This document shows positions 60,601-64,000 of a stretch of DNA of 64,000 nt, piece by piece. The notes under the pieces are model-generated. The model worked only from the letters and a program-made list of their open reading frames with translations. It was not told the origin of the DNA and searched no databases. Each line of letters opens with the position of its first letter. Within the stretch, counting starts at the first letter, position 1. Location of the stretch: assembly GCA_000708835.1 (NCBI GenBank), contig DF237142.1, positions 65,810-129,809 of the forward strand. The letters are read 5' to 3'. Source of the DNA: Klebsormidium nitens. Taxonomy: Eukaryota; Plantae; Klebsormidiophyceae. Both the position numbers and the translations under genes were made by a program.

Positions 60601-61773
60601 TTCGTTGGTTCCACACGGGAGTTTTCGCTCCTTTCTTATGCTTGGTAAGCGGGCAGCTAACCGTCTTTGAAGCATACCAGCCCGGTCGAAGGGCAGCAGC
60701 TGAGCTGCTGCTCATTTTCGATTAATTGCCTGTTTGCTGGATTCCCTGCTTCAAATGAAGCTCTCTCAACTCTGGCCTGAGCTTGCCAACAACACACCCT
60801 CTCTTCTTTTGAGTATGAACGAACTGTTCGTCCAAGCCGACCTTGTCATTGACAGACGATTCAATCGCTGACGTTGGTTTGTGTCCCCCCGCAGGACGAC
60901 CTGTTGACCGAGCTGGAGGAGTTGGAGGGCCAGGAGCTGGACGAGCAGCTGCTAGCGCCCTCGACCGCCGCGCCCGCCACGCACCTCCCCTCCGTGCCCA
61001 CCGCCAGGGTGCCCGCACAAGTGAGCCGCCCCGTCGATACACGCTCTTTCGTTCTGCGTACAGTACCAGCCAACTGACCCACCACAGTATCTGTCAGACT
61101 CCATGGTTGGAGTGTGTACTTCTGCGTTGGCTGTCGGGATAGAGACAAATTGGCTACTCGGTTAACGATAAAATCCGTGGGACCGGCTCGTGGAACCACC
61201 GATCTAGGGCGGCAAAGCGGTCCCCCAGAAGGAAGGACCGGAGCTTTTCTCGATTCCCGCCTCTCTCAGAAGCGCTTTGAAAGCGACGAGGGGCGGACAG
61301 ATATTGGCGCACTGGTACCGTAGGAACAGTCAAAAAGGTGTTTCTGATCCGACCAAGTGAGCAATCCTCGATAATGAAATTGAGAAAGGCCACCATATCT
61401 GTGTTTTGATCTTGAGTTCAGTCCTCTACATTGAGCGCCTCCTTTTTGAAACTTTTCCAACGGGAAAGTTGGATTTTGTTCTGATGGCTCTGAAAGTTGA
61501 AAGTGAAGACGAGGCGGTGACTTGAGAAAGGGTCGGTTTGAAGTAGGTACCAGGTTTACACGACCTTGCGCGCCCATACTTGGAGCAACGGTCTTGCGTC
61601 AATGACATTCTCAGGAGTGAAGGTCTCAGCCTCCCATAGAAGAGCATCGTGTGTGCTAATACAGATGCTTTCTGACGGCAACCCTATTTGCTTTTCAGGC
61701 CGGCAAAGCGCAGCCCGTACGAACCGAAGAGGACGACGAATTAGCAGCCCTTCAAGCGGAGATGGCACTATAG
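57610..61773 (+). CDS. SNF7: ESCRT-III subunit SNF7/VPS32, 225 aa
   Basis: Exons 57610-57693, 58500-58599, 59401-59486, 59958-60164, 60895-61020, 61699-61773. Motifs: LEKLNETLEMLEKKE, KNKRAAIQCLKRKKLYEQQ, ETVDALRSGA.AM, IDDVDKTMDEINE, DDLL.ELEELE, EEDDELAALQAEMAL. Confidence 0.96.
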
Positions 61774-63924
61774 CTTCTCACTGCAAAGAGTCTTGGCGTC
61801 AGAAATGCACTTGGGGTACCTTATGTTGATCAAGCGCTTGAGATCGGGAGATGTTGCCAGTCTGGTCTTGGGGCCGCACACGCATCGGCTGTGTGCCCTT
61901 CGTAGTAAGCTGCGGCTACCACACCTCGTGGGGGACGATCGGTGGATTCAAAGAAGGCCCACTTGTAGAGAAGACGGGTCGTCCGAATGGGTCCTTCGAA
62001 GTGGGGCTGTCTTTGACGGACCTGCTGTTAGTGTTTCTTCTTGTATAAAGACGTTTTTCTATGCTTTTGTAAAGCTTTATTATTACCCATCTCCTTTCAA
62101 AGCCAAACATCTTGTGTGATTCCAGACATGCGGCTGATATTGCATATCATCGGTTGGTATGACTGCCACCGATCCGACGGTGTGCGCGACACGAAGAACT
62201 CAGAGTGATTTGCTAGGTTTCCTGTGGCATGGCCAGTCATAGGAAAGCTATGATCGTTCAAGTTTGTTGCAGCGCTCAATAACGGCTAGATGATCATCTC
62301 CACGTCGTGCATACGTATGCTCACTAGACAACAATTGCAGGACAATGAAATCATGCTTAAGGGGTCTCAACTTTGAACATGCCGGTCAATGCAATTGCAT
62401 GATTTGGTGTTCAGCTTGTGCCAAGTGACGTTGCTAGAGCTTAACTACTCAACTTTCAAGCTTTTGGTAGTTATGTCGACTCAGGTTGAAAGCGCGCGGG
62501 TTACGGTATGGGTTACGGTATGGACTCTGCAAATGAATGGCATGACGAATCCCTTGAACTATGACTCTGAGCTTAGATCATGCACCGAGCTCGAGCTAGC
62601 CGTCCAACCTCAGGCCATTTGCGCACTGAGTCCAGTGGTCGGCATGCAATAATTTAAGGCGGCACGCGCCGGTCACTTCATATATGTCAAGCTGCATGAG
62701 GTGATAATGTTGTAAATATGTCTGGTGCTAAGATCGACATCCTACAAGTCCGGTCTGGCTCGAGGCATACACGTGTGCTGCATGATGCAGTTTCTCTCAA
62801 ATACGCCTTATAGCCAATAAGGCCATATAGGCGCTTCTCATGGCACACAAATGTTTTGGAGTGTTCAAGTGAGTTAGTACGCCAGCTAAAATCGATGATT
62901 ACACTACCTACCCTATTAGGATATAGAGATGCAGATGCCGGCAGCCTCACATTCACCGCGCAAGCTAGGGATTATATTCCACTTAAACAGTCGACATGAG
63001 AAGGCCAATCAAATTGTTCTATCTGTCAGATTCTCTATTTTCAGTGTATGCACGCTAGACTGCTCCTTATTTGAGAGACAGCTATCACTTCTTCAAGATC
63101 GTGAGAGCATCCGCGAATCAAGCCTACATATGCGGCTAGGCGCGTTCACTGGATTAGCATGGCCCGGCGCCGGGCGCTCTGGGGATGGTCAGCACCGCGT
63201 ATGCAACCGCAGCCTATGATAATGCAATGTCCAAGTGGATTCTTGGTGAGATGTCGAGCTGCAGCAGAGAATAAGCTCCTGGAATTCATCTGACCGCCCC
63301 AAATACGGTCTGTAAAGTCCACCAATATAAGTCATCAACCAAAGTGGAGGCTCACCAAGTTGAGCCCCTCTCACGAACTCCTGATCTCAAGGATGGCATG
63401 GATGACCACATGGCCAGCACACTCCGGTATTGCCGGTCACTACGACCGTTCTCTAATATAGAAACTCCACCTACCCAAGCTTTCTGATCATACCGTACTA
63501 CAAAACACACTGTTACCTATGCTCGCCGAAGCTCTGCAACCACTGCCTCCCCGCACGAGCTCAAGCTTTGACGCCGAAAGCCTTTGACGTCGCAACAGGA
63601 CGGCTCTACCTCTATGGCAACACTGACGTCAGCTAATCAAGACGAAACAGGCGCCCTTCCGATCGGCAAAGGTAGAGTACACAACGCTAACCGCTGTTTC
63701 CTAAGTCTGCTGACGCCATTTTCAGAGTCTGCTGGCGCGGAATAACTCTCAATTTAGTGTTGGGTTAGGCTACGTTACACTGCATCAGTTCCCCGGGCTC
63801 ATATAAACAACATCCTTAACCCAACGGCAACATGCTCCGTACCGTACCCACCCGAAACCCCCATCCCATCCGAATCGACGTAGCGGGTTTCAACGTAAAA
63901 TCAGTATCGTGCCTGGCGTGGCAA

Positions 63925-64000
63925 CTAGTGCGGCGTGCGGGCCTTGAATGCTTCCAAGATCCGCATCCGCGCGCCGAGGGGGTGCACGCCCACCTCCTTG
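63925..64000 (-). CDS. 3' end of a SAM-domain protein; gene extends beyond the window
   Basis: KEVGVHPLGARMRILEAFKARTPH* resembles the SAM helix-5 motif (L.ELGI..LG.R.KIL.AI). Only 24 codons are visible. Confidence 0.6.
   Translation of the reverse strand, partial: KEVGVHPLGARMRILEAFKARTPH

Noticed and set aside
59498-60675. Several 60-125 aa ORFs inside SNF7 introns, and similar short ORFs in other introns
   Set aside because: Intronic or antisense chance ORFs in GC-rich DNA with no homology.
62390-62650. Imperfect inverted ends (CATGCCGGTCA / TGGTCGGCATG) and a 12-bp duplication at 62498-62521
   Set aside because: Weak TIR and no TSD, so not called as a MITE.
1-64000. tRNA, rRNA, snRNA, CRISPR or telomeric arrays; autonomous transposase or RT ORFs
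   Set aside because: No T-loop/cloverleaf, spaced repeat array, or DDE/RT motif was found by eye. Small ncRNAs cannot be excluded without covariance-model searches.

Overview
Intron-rich eukaryotic nuclear DNA with GC-rich exons and GT-AG introns. Gene content (NMCP/CRWN, MAX2-like F-box, nuclear psaD, plastid EF-P) points to a streptophyte green alga, and Klebsormidium is my best guess (inference). By hand I built nine complete multi-exon models with consistent splice phases: an orphan coiled-coil protein, a MAX2-like F-box/LRR protein, a GH36 SIP/raffinose-synthase-family enzyme (19 exons), a JMJ21-type F-box-JmjC-APH protein, plastid EF-P, a GT90/CAP10 glycosyltransferase, PsaD, PDAP1, VAP27 and SNF7 (ten counting the orphan). 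Two more genes are cut by the window edges (NMCP, and a SAM-domain protein). Three non-autonomous DNA transposons have recognisable TIRs and TSDs: a hAT element, a MITE nested inside it, and a Tc1/mariner-type MITE. The most unusual signal is a recurring 'splice-acceptor ladder'. In at least three introns of two genes, a 107-138 bp unit (intron 3' end + AG + first codons of the next exon) is tandemly repeated 3-4 times. Only the 3'-most copy matches the intact reading frame, and most upstream copies would act as poison acceptors. No tRNA, rRNA or CRISPR array was recognisable. All coordinates were counted by hand.
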